From: Mycobacterium leprae TN
GTDB taxonomy: Bacteria > Actinomycetota > Actinomycetes > Mycobacteriales > Mycobacteriaceae
Assembly (NCBI RefSeq): GCF_000195855.1
Contig: NC_002677.1
Location: forward strand, 1,140,001-1,172,000
Length of the DNA stretch: 32,000 bases
Direction: 5' to 3'
The first letter of the stretch is position 1. Each line of letters opens with the position of its first letter. The notes beneath the pieces are model-generated. The model did not search any database, was not told the DNA's origin, and was given only the letters and a program-made list of their open reading frames with translations. Shown one piece after another: positions 9,760-19,340 of the stretch. The position numbers were made by a program, and so were the translations under genes.

Positions 9760-10605
9760 GTGAATGTAAGCCAACGTGGGCAGTGGCGCGCGTTGATGCG
9801 GCGTGGACTGGACACCATCACCGATTTGTCCGACTTGCTCGCCAAAAAGATTAGCGTTGTGTTGGATCCGCGTGCCCGCCTGCTTCGCCGTCGCCGCCGC
9901 GCGCTGCGGTGGGGCTTGATTTTTGGTTTCGGGTGCCTGTTTTGGGGCGTGGTGACGGCGTTACTAGCGGCCTGGGGTTGGTTCACGTTGCTGCTGCAGA
10001 TCACCGGCTCCATCGCGGTTTTGCAGGCCATTCCTGCTACGTTGCTGCTGCTTCGCTACCGCTGGCTGCGGTCGGAGCCGCTGCCGACATGGCGGCCCAA
10101 CGGAGTTCGTCGATTACTGCCACCCGGTTAGGCTGCCCCACCTTCGATGTCGGAGCTGGGCGTTTCCGAACTCGGGTTCTTTTCGTTGTTGGGTTTGATG
10201 GGGCAGGGCGAAATGTTCCCTGCAGCCGAAATCCGTGATTTGACCGCCGCGGCTAACCAAATCTTGGTGGCGATGGAGGTCACTGCTGCCCAGTTGGTGT
10301 CGATAGAGCGGGTGGTGTGCTATTTTGAATCATCTTGTTTTCTCTGGTCTCCAATAAAGTAATGATTACTATTGATAATTATTATTGCGTTCACTACATA
10401 GTTGAGCGCCGGTGTCCTTAAGTAAAACGAAATCGTCACTATCGTAGCGAGGTTTATTTCTTCGACGAACCGTGTCGGTGGTTTCCGGGGTAGGGTCGCG
10501 CCGGGTTCGCAGCGGTTTTCCCGTGAAGAGCTGGCCACCGCTGCTGATTCTCTGGCCGTTTGTGCGCAGGTGTTCGACGAACTCGGCGGAATGTCGCTGC
10601 GTTAG
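9760..10605 (+). pseudogene. pspM: PspM-like (Rv2743c) membrane protein with in-frame nonsense codons
   Basis: One frame reads QWRALMRRGLDTITDLSDLLAKKISVVLDPRARLLRRRRRALRWGLIFGFG...RRLLPPG* (TAG 10129-10131), then MSELGVSELGFFSLLGLMGQGEMFPAAEIRDLTAAANQ...SPIK* (TAA 10360-10362), then ...NEIVTIVARFISSTNRVGG...EELATAADSLAVCAQVFDELGGMSLR* (ends 10605). Confidence 0.75.
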
Positions 10606-10611
10606 ACAGGG

Positions 10612-10889
10612 TTAGTCCTTGGGGCCCGGGCCGTAGCGCTCGATGTATGTCTGGTGGATATGGGCGTCGCACTTGCGCTTAAGTTGGTTGACGCATTCGG
10701 GGTCCAGGTTGTTGCACGCCCAGCATGTGACGTCACCATATTTTGCTTGAGTGCATTGAGTGCATGCGGGAAGTAAACGAACGGGATGAGGATCGGCAAC
10801 GTCATGCTTAAGTAAACGTTGAGTGTCGTTGGGGGCAACTAGAACGGTATGAATACCAGCACAGCCAGAATCGCGACGCGGACCATCAT
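10612..10889 (-). pseudogene. Fragmented small membrane protein with a Cys-rich C-terminus
   Basis: Starting at ATGATG (10889): MMVRVAILAVLVFIPF*LPPTTLNVYLSMTLPILIPFVYFPHALNALKQ, then a frame change to KYGDVTCWACNNLDPECVNQLKRKCDAHIHQTYIERYGPGPKD*. Not assigned to a named family. Confidence 0.5.
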
Positions 10890-11023
10890 TTAGATGACGG
10901 CGCCCTTGCCTGGCCGAATCGTTGCCTACCCAGTCTCGCATCGAGTCGAGCAATTCCCATAACAGTTATAGTGAACATATTACAGCGCGTTGGGTTTCGT
11001 GCGGGTGTGTTTGTCTTTCATTG

Positions 11024-11467
11024 TTAGAACGCTGCGTTTAACGACGGGATTCTCAGCGCGACCAGGCTTCGCATGGTTGCCTTGAACAGATCGAACAAAT
11101 CAAAATAATTCCGCCACAACATGATTCGCTTATTTTGCACTTCGAAGGTGCCACAGACCCAGAATTGCATCCAAAGTGGGCCGACGATCACCGCGTCGGC
11201 GCGTTCGCAGAGCACGGCTATAGCCACGGCGGCAATTCGGTGGATCTTTATCTCAAACCCGATACAGTCTGCCATCTTACGCCACAGTGTGATCGTTTTG
11301 CTACGGCCATGGATTGTTGGCAGTCCGACGTTCTGGTAAACACGAGGTTGTCGTCCAACGTCGCGTATGCGGTTTCGTAATCCTGCGTCCTGCAGGGCAG
11401 CCAAGAAAACCTCGACCGTGCGAATGTTTTCAACACCTTGGACAGATGCCTCGGTCAGCTCAGCTAT
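11024..11467 (-). pseudogene. ephG: EphG-like (limonene-1,2-epoxide-hydrolase/SnoaL-like fold) protein, probably non-functional
   Basis: Reads AELTEASVQGVENIRTVEVFLAALQ...YQNVGLPTIHGRSKTITLWRKMADCIGFEIKIHRIAAVAIAVLCERADAVIVGPLWMQFWVCGTFEVQNKRIMLWRNYFDLFDLFK. The expected initiator position is ATA, and an internal roughly 16-codon block is out of frame. Confidence 0.65.
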
Positions 11468-11521
11468 GGCTACCAGCTTAGGGGAAACATGACATAACGG
11501 TGCTATGGCATGGTACACTAC

Positions 11522-12688
11522 ATGCGCGTTGCTGTGGTCGCCGGGCCAGATCCCGGGCACTCCTTTCCCGCGATCGCTCTGTGTCAGCGTTTCGCTGAAG
11601 CGGGGGACACGCCCACTTTGTTCACCGGAGTGGAGTGCGTCGATATCGCGCGGGCCGCCGGTGTCGAGACTGCCCTGCTGGACGGGCTCGTGGCCGTTGA
11701 TGACGATGTCGATGCCGGGGCTAGGATCCATCGGCGTGCTGCGCAGATGGCTGTGCTTAATGTGCCAGTGCTGCGCGACTTGGCTCCTGATCTGATAGTA
11801 TCTGACGTCATAACCGCGGCCGGTGGTATGGCAGCTGAGCTGCTGGGGATCCCGTGGATTGAACTCAACCCGCATCCGTTGTATCTGCCGTCCAAGGGTT
11901 TGCCGCCTATAGGCAGCGGACTGGCGTCCGGTGTCGGCATTCACGGCCGGATGCGAGATGCCACCATGCGGGCGCTTACCGCACGGTCTTGGCGTGCTGG
12001 CCTGCGAGAGCGGGCAGCGGTCCGGGTGCAGATTGGATTGCCGGCTTGCGACTCCGGGCCGCTGCGACGGCTGATCGCTACGCTGCCCGCGCTGGAGGTC
12101 TCTCGTCCAGACTGGCCGGCTGAGGCCGTGGTGGTGGGTCCGTTGCACTTTGAGCCGACTGATCGGGTGTTGCAGATCCCTTCCGGCTCCGGGCCGGTGA
12201 TAGTCGTGGCACCGTCTACGGCGTTGACTGGGATTTCGGGCATGGCGCAGACCGCTTTGGACGCTCTGGTGCCCGGTGACACGTTGCCATCGGGGTCGCG
12301 CGTGGTGGTGTCTCGGCTGAACGGTCCCGATCTGACGGTGCCGTCCTGGGCGGTGGCTGGGTTGGTACACCAGACGAAGCTGTTGGCGCATGCCGACGTG
12401 GTTATTTGCGGTGGCGGTCACGGGATGGTTGCCAAAACGCTGTTGGCCGGGGTGCCGTTGGTGGTGGTTCCTGGTGGCGGGGATCAATGGGAGATGGCCA
12501 ATCGAGTGGTACGGCAGGGCAGTGCGCAATTGATTCGGCCGTTGACCGCTGCGGCGCTGTTAGCTGCGGTTAATAAGGTGCTGTCGTCGCCGGATTATCG
12601 CGAGGCTGCACAACGAGCCGCCATCAGTATCGCTGGGGTTGCAGATCCGGTTCAGGTGTGCCACGAAGCGCTGGGGCTCGCCGGGTAA
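11522..12688 (+). CDS. UGT/MGT-like glycosyltransferase (GT1-type fold, Rv2739c-like)
   Basis: MRVAVVAGPDPGHSFPAIALCQRFAEAGDTPTLFTG... with the C-terminal donor-binding region LLAHADVVICGGGHGMVAKTLLAGVPLVVVPGGGDQWEMANRV. The ORF begins at 11510. Confidence 0.85.
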   Translation: MRVAVVAGPDPGHSFPAIALCQRFAEAGDTPTLFTGVECVDIARAAGVETALLDGLVAVDDDVDAGARIHRRAAQMAVLNVPVLRDLAPDLIVSDVITAAGGMAAELLGIPWIELNPHPLYLPSKGLPPIGSGLASGVGIHGRMRDATMRALTARSWRAGLRERAAVRVQIGLPACDSGPLRRLIATLPALEVSRPDWPAEAVVVGPLHFEPTDRVLQIPSGSGPVIVVAPSTALTGISGMAQTALDALVPGDTLPSGSRVVVSRLNGPDLTVPSWAVAGLVHQTKLLAHADVVICGGGHGMVAKTLLAGVPLVVVPGGGDQWEMANRVVRQGSAQLIRPLTAAALLAAVNKVLSSPDYREAAQRAAISIAGVADPVQVCHEALGLAG

Positions 12689-12710
12689 CTGATTGGGTAA
12701 GTTGGCTGGC

Positions 12711-12905
12711 GTGCGGTTGACGGAATTCCACGAGCGAGTCGTACTGCGATTCGGTGCTGCATACGGTGCCTCCGTGTTGGTTGATCACGTGCTGACTGGC
12801 TTCGACGGTCGTACCGTCGCCCAGGCGATTGAAGACGGTGTCGAGCTCCGCGATGTCTGGCGGGCATTGTGCGTCGACTTCGACGTGCCCCGCGATCAGT
12901 GGTGA
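12711..12905 (+). CDS. DUF3046 family protein
   Basis: VRLTEFHERVVLRFGAAYGASVLVDHVLTGFDGRTVAQAIEDGVELRDVWRALCVDFDVPRDQW. Located just upstream of recA. Confidence 0.75.
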   Translation: MRLTEFHERVVLRFGAAYGASVLVDHVLTGFDGRTVAQAIEDGVELRDVWRALCVDFDVPRDQW

Positions 12906-12942
12906 TTTCGCGGATTGCTGGGACGGCGTGTCGAGACTTGAA

Positions 12943-12958
12943 TCGAACAGATGTTCGG
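12943..12958 (+). promoter_or_regulatory. LexA/SOS box upstream of recA
   Basis: TCGAACagatGTTCGG, versus the mycobacterial consensus TCGAAC(N4)GTTCGA, with one mismatch. Confidence 0.85.
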
Positions 12959-12988
12959 ATATTGTGGTGGTTATTCAGCGATGTCGGC

Positions 12989-13009
12989 TTGTCGGTGGCT
13001 CTCTAGTGT
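12989..13009 (+). promoter_or_regulatory. Putative SOS-independent recA promoter of the RecA-NDp/ClgR type
   Basis: TTGTCGGTG then gctctc then TAGTGT, resembling tTGTCRgtg-Nx-TAnnnT. The spacer is 6 nt here instead of the expected 8. Confidence 0.4.
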
Positions 13010-13055
13010 CACGTCCAACCGACCGGTACCGGTTACCGACTACAGGAGAAGTAAC

Positions 13056-15191
13056 ATGGCACAAGTCCCCGACCGTGAGAAAGCTCTCGAGCTGGCGATG
13101 GCCCAGATCGAGAAAAACTATGGCAAAGGTTCGGTGATGCGTCTCGGTGACGAGATGTGTCAGCCAATCTCGGTCATTCCGACCGGCTCCATCGCACTGG
13201 ACGTGGCTCTGGGTATTGGCGGTCTGCCGCGTGGCCGGATTGTGGAAATCTACGGTCCGGAGTCCTCGGGCAAAACTACTGTTGCACTACACGCTGTGGC
13301 CAATGCCCAGGCGGTCGGCGGTGTCGCAGCGTTCATCGACGCCGAGCACGCGCTGGAACCGGAGTATGCTAAGAAGCTCGGGGTTGATACCGATTCCTTG
13401 CTGGTAAGTCAACCTGATACCGGTGAACAAGCCCTCGAGATCGCCGACATGCTGATCCGTTCTGGCGCGCTCGACATTGTGGTCATCGACTCGGTTGCTG
13501 CGCTGGTGCCGCGCGCGGAACTAGAAGGTGAGATGGGGGACAGCTATGTCGGATTGCAAGCCCGGCTGATGAGTCAGGCACTGAGGAAAATGACTGGTGC
13601 GCTGAGTAATTCGGGAACCACGGCGATCTTCATCAACCAGCTACGTGAGAAGATTGGGGTGATGTTCGGGTGCATGAATTACTCGACCCGCGTGACTCTT
13701 GCGGACGGTTCCACTGAAAAGATCGGCAAGATCGTCAACAACAAAATGGATGTCAGGGTGTTGTCCTACGACCCGGTGACGGACCGGATTGTGCCACGCA
13801 AGGTAGTGAACTGGTTCAATAATGGTCCAGCTGAACAGTTCCTCCAATTTACTGTCGAAAAGTCCGGTAGTAACGGCAAGTCACAGTTTGCGGCGACGCC
13901 CAACCACCTCATTCGCACACCTGGCGGCTGGACAGAAGCCGGTAACCTTATTGCCGGTGATCGGGTGCTTGCCGTCGAACCACATATGCTGAGCGATCAG
14001 CAGTTCCAAGTTGTGTTGGGCTCACTGATGGGTGACGGGAACCTCTCGCCCAATCTGTGCGATCGTAACGGTGTCCGGTTCCGGTTGTTGGGATACGGCT
14101 GCAAGCAGGTGGAATATCTGCAGTGGAAGAAGGCGCTAATGGGCAACATTCGGCATACGGTGCGGGAGAATTCCATGGGCGCGAGTTTTATCGACTTCAC
14201 CCCATTGCCAGAGCTCGTCGAGCTACAGCGCGCGGTCTACCTCGGAGACGGTAAGAAGTTCTTATCTGAAGAGTATCTCAAGGCGCTGACGCCGTTGGTT
14301 CTGGCTATTTGGTATATGGACGATGGTTCATTCACAGTGGGTTCCAAGAGGGTGCAGGAACGTACCGCCGGTGGCAGCGGGCGCATTGAGATCTGTGTAG
14401 ATGCCATGACCGAAGGCACACGTGTACGTTTGCGCGACTATCTGTGCGACACACACGGCTTGGATGTGCGTTTGCGAGAAGTTGGTTCGGCCGGTAAGGC
14501 GGTGCTGGTGTTTTCCACTGCGGCCACTGCGAAGTTCCAGTCATTGATCGCTCCATATGTGGCGCCGTCCATGGAGTACAAGTTGTTGCCGCAGTTCCGT
14601 GGTCGGGGGAGCGTGACACCGCAGTTCGTCGAACCCACGCAGCAGTTGGTGCCGGCCCGCGTTCTCGATGTTCATGTCAAACTGTCTACCCGATCAATGA
14701 ACCGGTTCGATATCGAGGTTGAGGGCAATCACAACTACTTCGTTGACGGAGTGATGGTACACAATTCTCCCGAAACCACGACGGGTGGAAAGGCGTTGAA
14801 ATTCTATGCGTCGGTGCGCATGGACGTGCGTCGGATTGAGACACTTAAGGACGGTGTCGATGCGGTCGGCAACCGGACCCGGGTCAAAATCGTCAAAAAT
14901 AAGGTGTCGCCACCTTTCAAGCAGGCCGAGTTCGACATCCTGTACGGCAAGGGCATTAGCAGGGAGGGTTCACTGATCGATATGGGTGTGGAACAAGGCT
15001 TTGTCCGCAAGTCTGGATCCTGGTTCACTTATGAGGGCGAACAGCTTGGCCAGGGCAAGGAGAATGCGCGCAATTTCTTGCTGGAGAACGCCGATGTGGC
15101 CAATGAGATCGAGAAGAAGATCAAGGAGAAGCTTGGCATTGGCGCGGTCGTGACCGATGACGACATCCTGCCCACCCCCGTCGATTTCTGA
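13056..15191 (+). CDS. recA: Recombinase RecA precursor, 711 aa, containing an intein
   Basis: [30 protein letters not shown]..., Walker [11 protein letters not shown]-terminus [11 protein letters not shown]. The ORF is uninterrupted across the intein. An RBS-like aggagaa lies upstream. Confidence 0.98.
13671..14765 (+). mobile_element. RecA intein (365 aa) with LAGLIDADG homing endonuclease domain
   Basis: Begins [14 protein letters not shown] (block A, Cys1) after extein ...REKIGVMFG. Block [12 protein letters not shown]. Endonuclease motifs [12 protein letters not shown] and [11 protein letters not shown]. Ends [21 protein letters not shown], followed by the extein Ser of SPETTTGG. Length is exactly 1095 nt. 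Confidence 0.97.
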
Positions 15192-15672
15192 TCGCGAAGA
15201 GCAGGCACGGATATTGTGCCTGCGCCTGCTCACCGCGAGATCGCGAACGCGAGCCCAGCTATTCGGCCAGCTGGCGAAACGCGGATACGCCGATCACGTC
15301 AGCGAGCGGGTATTGGATCGGCTGGCCGCTGTTGGTCTGTTGGATGACAATGACTTTGCTGAACAGTGGGTGCGGTCTCGGCGGGCGAACGTGGGAAAGA
15401 GCAAGCGTGCATTGGCTGCTGACCTGCGTGCCAAGGGGATCGACAGTGAGGTGATTACCACGGTGCTGGCTGGGATCGACCCCGCCGTCGAGCGGGAGCG
15501 AGCTGAGCAGCTGGTGCGTACCAGACTGCGGCGAGAGGTACTTAGCGAGGACGACGCACGGGTGAGTCGCCGACTGATGGCTATGCTAGCCCGCCGTGGA
15601 TACAGCCAGACCACCATATGCGAGGTGGTTGTCGCCGAGCTTGCAGCCGAACGAGAGCGGCGCCGGGTCTAA
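15157..15672 (+). CDS. recX: Regulatory protein RecX
   Basis: 171 aa: [44 protein letters not shown]...[26 protein letters not shown]. Overlaps the 3' end of recA by 35 nt. Confidence 0.92.
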
Positions 15673-15751
15673 TTAAGCTGCGGGTTAACTCGGTGGGACC
15701 CGGTCGCCGTACTATTGCCCCGTGACTTCGGTGGTGACGCGTGACGCAGGC

Positions 15752-17284
15752 ATGGCGGATGATGCTGCGACTGGATCGACACGCACTTATCAGGTCCGCA
15801 CCTACGGCTGTCAGATGAACGTTCATGATTCTGAGCGGTTGGCGGGTCTGCTTGAGGCCGCCGGTTACCAGCGGGCGGCTGACGAAGCAGATGTTGGAGA
15901 CGCCGATGTGGTGGTTTTCAACACCTGCGCTGTTCGTGAGAACGCTGATAACAGGCTCTACGGTAACCTCAGCCACCTGGCGCCACGCAAGCGGAACAAT
16001 CCCGACATGCAAATTGCGGTAGGTGGCTGCCTGGCTCAGAAAGACAAACACACGGTGCTGAGCAAGGCGCCGTGGGTCGATATCGTTTTCGGCACTCACA
16101 ACCTGGGATCGCTGCCTACGCTCCTTGACCGGGCTCGCCACAATAAGGTCGCTCAGGTGGAAATTGTTGAAGCGCTCCAACATTTTCCGTCATCATTGCC
16201 GAGTGCCCGCGAATCCGATTATGCTGCTTGGGTTTCTATCTCAGTTGGATGCAACAACAGCTGTACCTTCTGTATTGTTCCGTCGCTACGAGGTAAGGAG
16301 GTCGATCGCAGTCCTGCTGACATCTTGGCTGAGGTGGAAGCACTGGTTGCTGACGGCGTGCTAGAAGTAACTTTGTTGGGGCAGAACGTCAATGCTTACG
16401 GGGTCTCTTTCGCTGACCCGGCGCTTGCCCGCAATCGTGGTTCCTTCGCCGAATTGCTGCGGTCCTGCGGGAGTATCGATGGACTCGAACGCGTACGGTT
16501 CACCTCTCCGCATCCTGCCGAATTCACTTACGATGTCATCGAGGCAATGGCGCAGACGCCCAACGTGTGTCCCTCCTTGCACATGCCGCTGCAGTCCGGG
16601 TCTGACCGGGTGCTACGTGCGATGCGGCGGTCTTACCGCGTCGAGCGTTATCTTGGCATTATCGGCCAGGTTCGGGCGGCCATGCCACACGCCGCCATCA
16701 CCACAGATCTCATTGTGGGATTTCCCGGTGAGACCGAAGAGGACTTTGCGGCCACGCTTGATGTGGTGCGTCAGGTCCGGTTTACGGCGGCGTTCACCTT
16801 CCAGTACTCTAAGCGCCCCGGAACCCCGGCCGCTGAACTTGGTGGGCAGCTGCCGAAGGCCGTTGTGCAGGAACGCTACGAACGGCTAGTTGAGTTGCAG
16901 GAGCAGATTTGTATGGAGGAAAATCGTGTGCTGATTGGGCGGATTGTCGAACTGCTAGTCACCACTGGCGAAGGACGCAAAGATGCCCGCACCGCGCGCA
17001 GGACTGGGCGCGCACGCGATGGCCGGTTGGTGCATTTCGCCTTGGACACGCCCTGGGAGGCGCAGGTGCGGCCCGGTGATATCATCACCGTGATGGTCAC
17101 TGAAGCAGCGCCGCACCATCTGATAGCCGATGCGGGTATATTAACTCACCGCCGCACCCGTGCTGGGGATGCACACGCCGCCAGGCAGTGCCCACGCAGC
17201 ATTGGGCTTGGCCAAATTCCTTTGGGTATGCCGAGTGTCGGTCAGCATTCGGCTTCGATTGGGTCTGCTGGATGTGCCCGATGA
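15752..17284 (+). CDS. miaB: tRNA-2-methylthio-N6-dimethylallyladenosine synthase MiaB
   Basis: [27 protein letters not shown] (MTTase N-domain) and the radical-SAM cluster [11 protein letters not shown]. In-frame alternative start at 15722. Confidence 0.95.
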   Translation: MADDAATGSTRTYQVRTYGCQMNVHDSERLAGLLEAAGYQRAADEADVGDADVVVFNTCAVRENADNRLYGNLSHLAPRKRNNPDMQIAVGGCLAQKDKHTVLSKAPWVDIVFGTHNLGSLPTLLDRARHNKVAQVEIVEALQHFPSSLPSARESDYAAWVSISVGCNNSCTFCIVPSLRGKEVDRSPADILAEVEALVADGVLEVTLLGQNVNAYGVSFADPALARNRGSFAELLRSCGSIDGLERVRFTSPHPAEFTYDVIEAMAQTPNVCPSLHMPLQSGSDRVLRAMRRSYRVERYLGIIGQVRAAMPHAAITTDLIVGFPGETEEDFAATLDVVRQVRFTAAFTFQYSKRPGTPAAELGGQLPKAVVQERYERLVELQEQICMEENRVLIGRIVELLVTTGEGRKDARTARRTGRARDGRLVHFALDTPWEAQVRPGDIITVMVTEAAPHHLIADAGILTHRRTRAGDAHAARQCPRSIGLGQIPLGMPSVGQHSASIGSAGCAR

Positions 17285-17910
17285 ACGAAGAACCCAATAT
17301 CGTGGACTTCCCGGATTCCAATCCCCTCCAGGCTGCACTTGAGGCAGAGGAACTTCGGGTAGTCCGTGAGATTGATTCTGGAGCAAAGATTTTCGTCTTA
17401 ATAGCGGTCCTGGTGTTCATGCTGCTGGGATCGTTCATCTTGCCGCACACCGGTCAGGTGCGGGGCTGGGATGTGTTGTTCGACAGCCACGGCGCCGGAG
17501 CGGCTGCGGTGGCATTGCCTTTGCGGATATTCGCTTGGCTGTCGCTGGTATTCGGTGTCGGTTTCTCGATGCTGGCGTTGATGACACGGCGTTGGGTGCT
17601 AGCCTGGATTGCGCTGGCGGGTGCGGCGATGGCCAGCATAGTTGGGCTGCTAGCTGTGTGGTCGCGCCAGACCGTGGCTGTGGGTCAGCCGGGTCCTGGA
17701 GTGGGGCTCATCGTGGCGTGGATCACGTTGATCTTGTTGACGTTTCACTGGGCCCGCGTGGTGTGGTCGAGCACAATCGTGCAACTCGCTACCGAGGAGC
17801 AACGGCGCCGGGTCGTTGCGCAGCAGCAGTCAAAGACACTGCTGGATGGCTTGTACAGCGCCGGCAACCGAGACACCAGGACACGATCGGATCCTCAAGT
17901 CGGTAGCTAG
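17281..17910 (+). CDS. Conserved membrane protein (Rv2732c-like)
   Basis: [58 protein letters not shown]... with four predicted hydrophobic segments. ATGA overlap with miaB. Confidence 0.8.
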   Translation: MNEEPNIVDFPDSNPLQAALEAEELRVVREIDSGAKIFVLIAVLVFMLLGSFILPHTGQVRGWDVLFDSHGAGAAAVALPLRIFAWLSLVFGVGFSMLALMTRRWVLAWIALAGAAMASIVGLLAVWSRQTVAVGQPGPGVGLIVAWITLILLTFHWARVVWSSTIVQLATEEQRRRVVAQQQSKTLLDGLYSAGNRDTRTRSDPQVGS

Positions 17911-17975
17911 GTTCTGTGTGTAAACGCGTCAGCTTCGACTTCAGTCCACTGCCGCCATTGTTCGGCCTTGGCCTC

Positions 17976-19340
17976 TTAGGCTTCTTGGATCCGGCCGGCC
18001 GCTAATGCCTTGCGGGCTTGCCGTTCGAACTGCTCGGCCCGGGTTTGGAATTGTTCGGCGCGGTCCTGCGCCTGGAGATCGGACCAACCCGATTCACCGG
18101 CGTTGCGCACTTTTTTCTCGATGGCGCGCAGCCTTTGCTCCAACTTAGCGGACTGTTACCGGGAGGACCCGGTCGATCGCGTTCCATTTTTTGATGATGA
18201 TGATCGAGTGCAGCGCTGTTCTCGCGGCTTCGTGGTTGGCAGTGTCGAGTTTTTCTGCTTCAGCCAGCAACGTCTCTTTAGCGATGGCATTGGCCTGCAA
18301 CTCGGCGTCTTTTTTCGCTGACGCGGCATTGCGAGCCGCGAATAAAGTAATCCTGGGCCGCTTTGAAGCGGCGCCACAGGGCATCGTCGATTTCCCGGGT
18401 TGTTTTTCCAACAGTCTTCCATTCGGCGAGCAGCTTTCGGAATTCCGAACTTGTGGTGGCCCATTCGGTGGAGTTGGACAGCTTTTCGGCCCGTTAGCAG
18501 AGCCGTTCCTTGGATTGCTTGATGCCAGTACGCTCCCAGTCGAACTCGGAGAAATGTGATCCCCGTCGCCGCTTGAAGGTTTCTCGGGCCGCCGAATAGC
18601 GCTTCCACAACGCGTCGTTGACCTTTCGGTCCAGGCCGCTGATTGTCTTCCATTCTTCGAGGATCGTGCGTAGCCGGTTGCCGGCGACTTTCCAGTGGGT
18701 TGAGTATGGCGGCCAGATCTTCGGCCTCGTCAGCCAGTGCCTCCTTGCGCGCGGTCTGCGTGGCACGACGCTCGTCGCGTCGAGAGTGATCTGCGACGAC
18801 GATAACGTCGACGCGTGCCAGCAGGTTCGCCAATCGGGTCGCGAGCTCGTCGACGTCACCCAATAAGCATGCCGTTGGCAACGTCTCGGCCAGCGCTGCT
18901 GCATTGGCCTTGATCTTGCGGGCATCGCTGGTCCCCGATGCTAGCCGTTCCTCCATCAGCGTGATTTCGGTGCTCACATCGTCGAATCGGCGGCCGAAAT
19001 GGGCAAATGCGGCTTCGCCGGTCACCGGCTTGCCAGGAGCCGATTATGCGTTCACCAGCCGCGCTTGATCAGCCACACTGTGCCGTCGTTATCCACGCGT
19101 CCGAATCGGTGTGGGTCGTTGGGCGGGAACCTTGCCATCGGGTGGGTGGTGGGTCGCGGCATAGGCCGGGGACCGGGACGTGGCATCGGCTTGGGCGAAT
19201 CGTTGGTCCGGGATGCGTCGGCCGTTATGTGTTGGTTACCTACCCTTTGCCACTCTTTGCGCGATCGTTGTCTCGCGCTTCTGCCGCGTGTAGCGGCATC
19301 TTGCACGGTCGGGGACCCTTGGTGTGGCTTGGTAGCTGTC
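17976..19340 (-). pseudogene. Decayed DUF349 / coiled-coil protein (Rv2731-like)
   Basis: Pieces in different minus frames: [172 protein letters not shown], and [22 protein letters not shown]. Confidence 0.8.

Noticed and set aside
11024-12529. 501-aa minus-strand ORF
   Set aside because: Only its 3' third (11024-11467) resembles a real (EphG-like) protein. The rest is an antisense shadow of the glycosyltransferase gene, with low-complexity Arg/His/Gln-rich sequence typical of high-GC antisense frames.
15581-16183. 200-aa minus-strand ORF opposite recX/miaB, and other long antisense ORFs (4765-5352, 5288-5770, 6167-6685, 22607-23077)
   Set aside because: They mirror well-supported sense genes and show no recognisable domains.
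18156-19025. 289-aa minus-strand ORF as an intact gene
   Set aside because: Only the N-terminal portion matches the DUF349/coiled-coil protein. The homology then moves to other frames, so it is part of a pseudogene.
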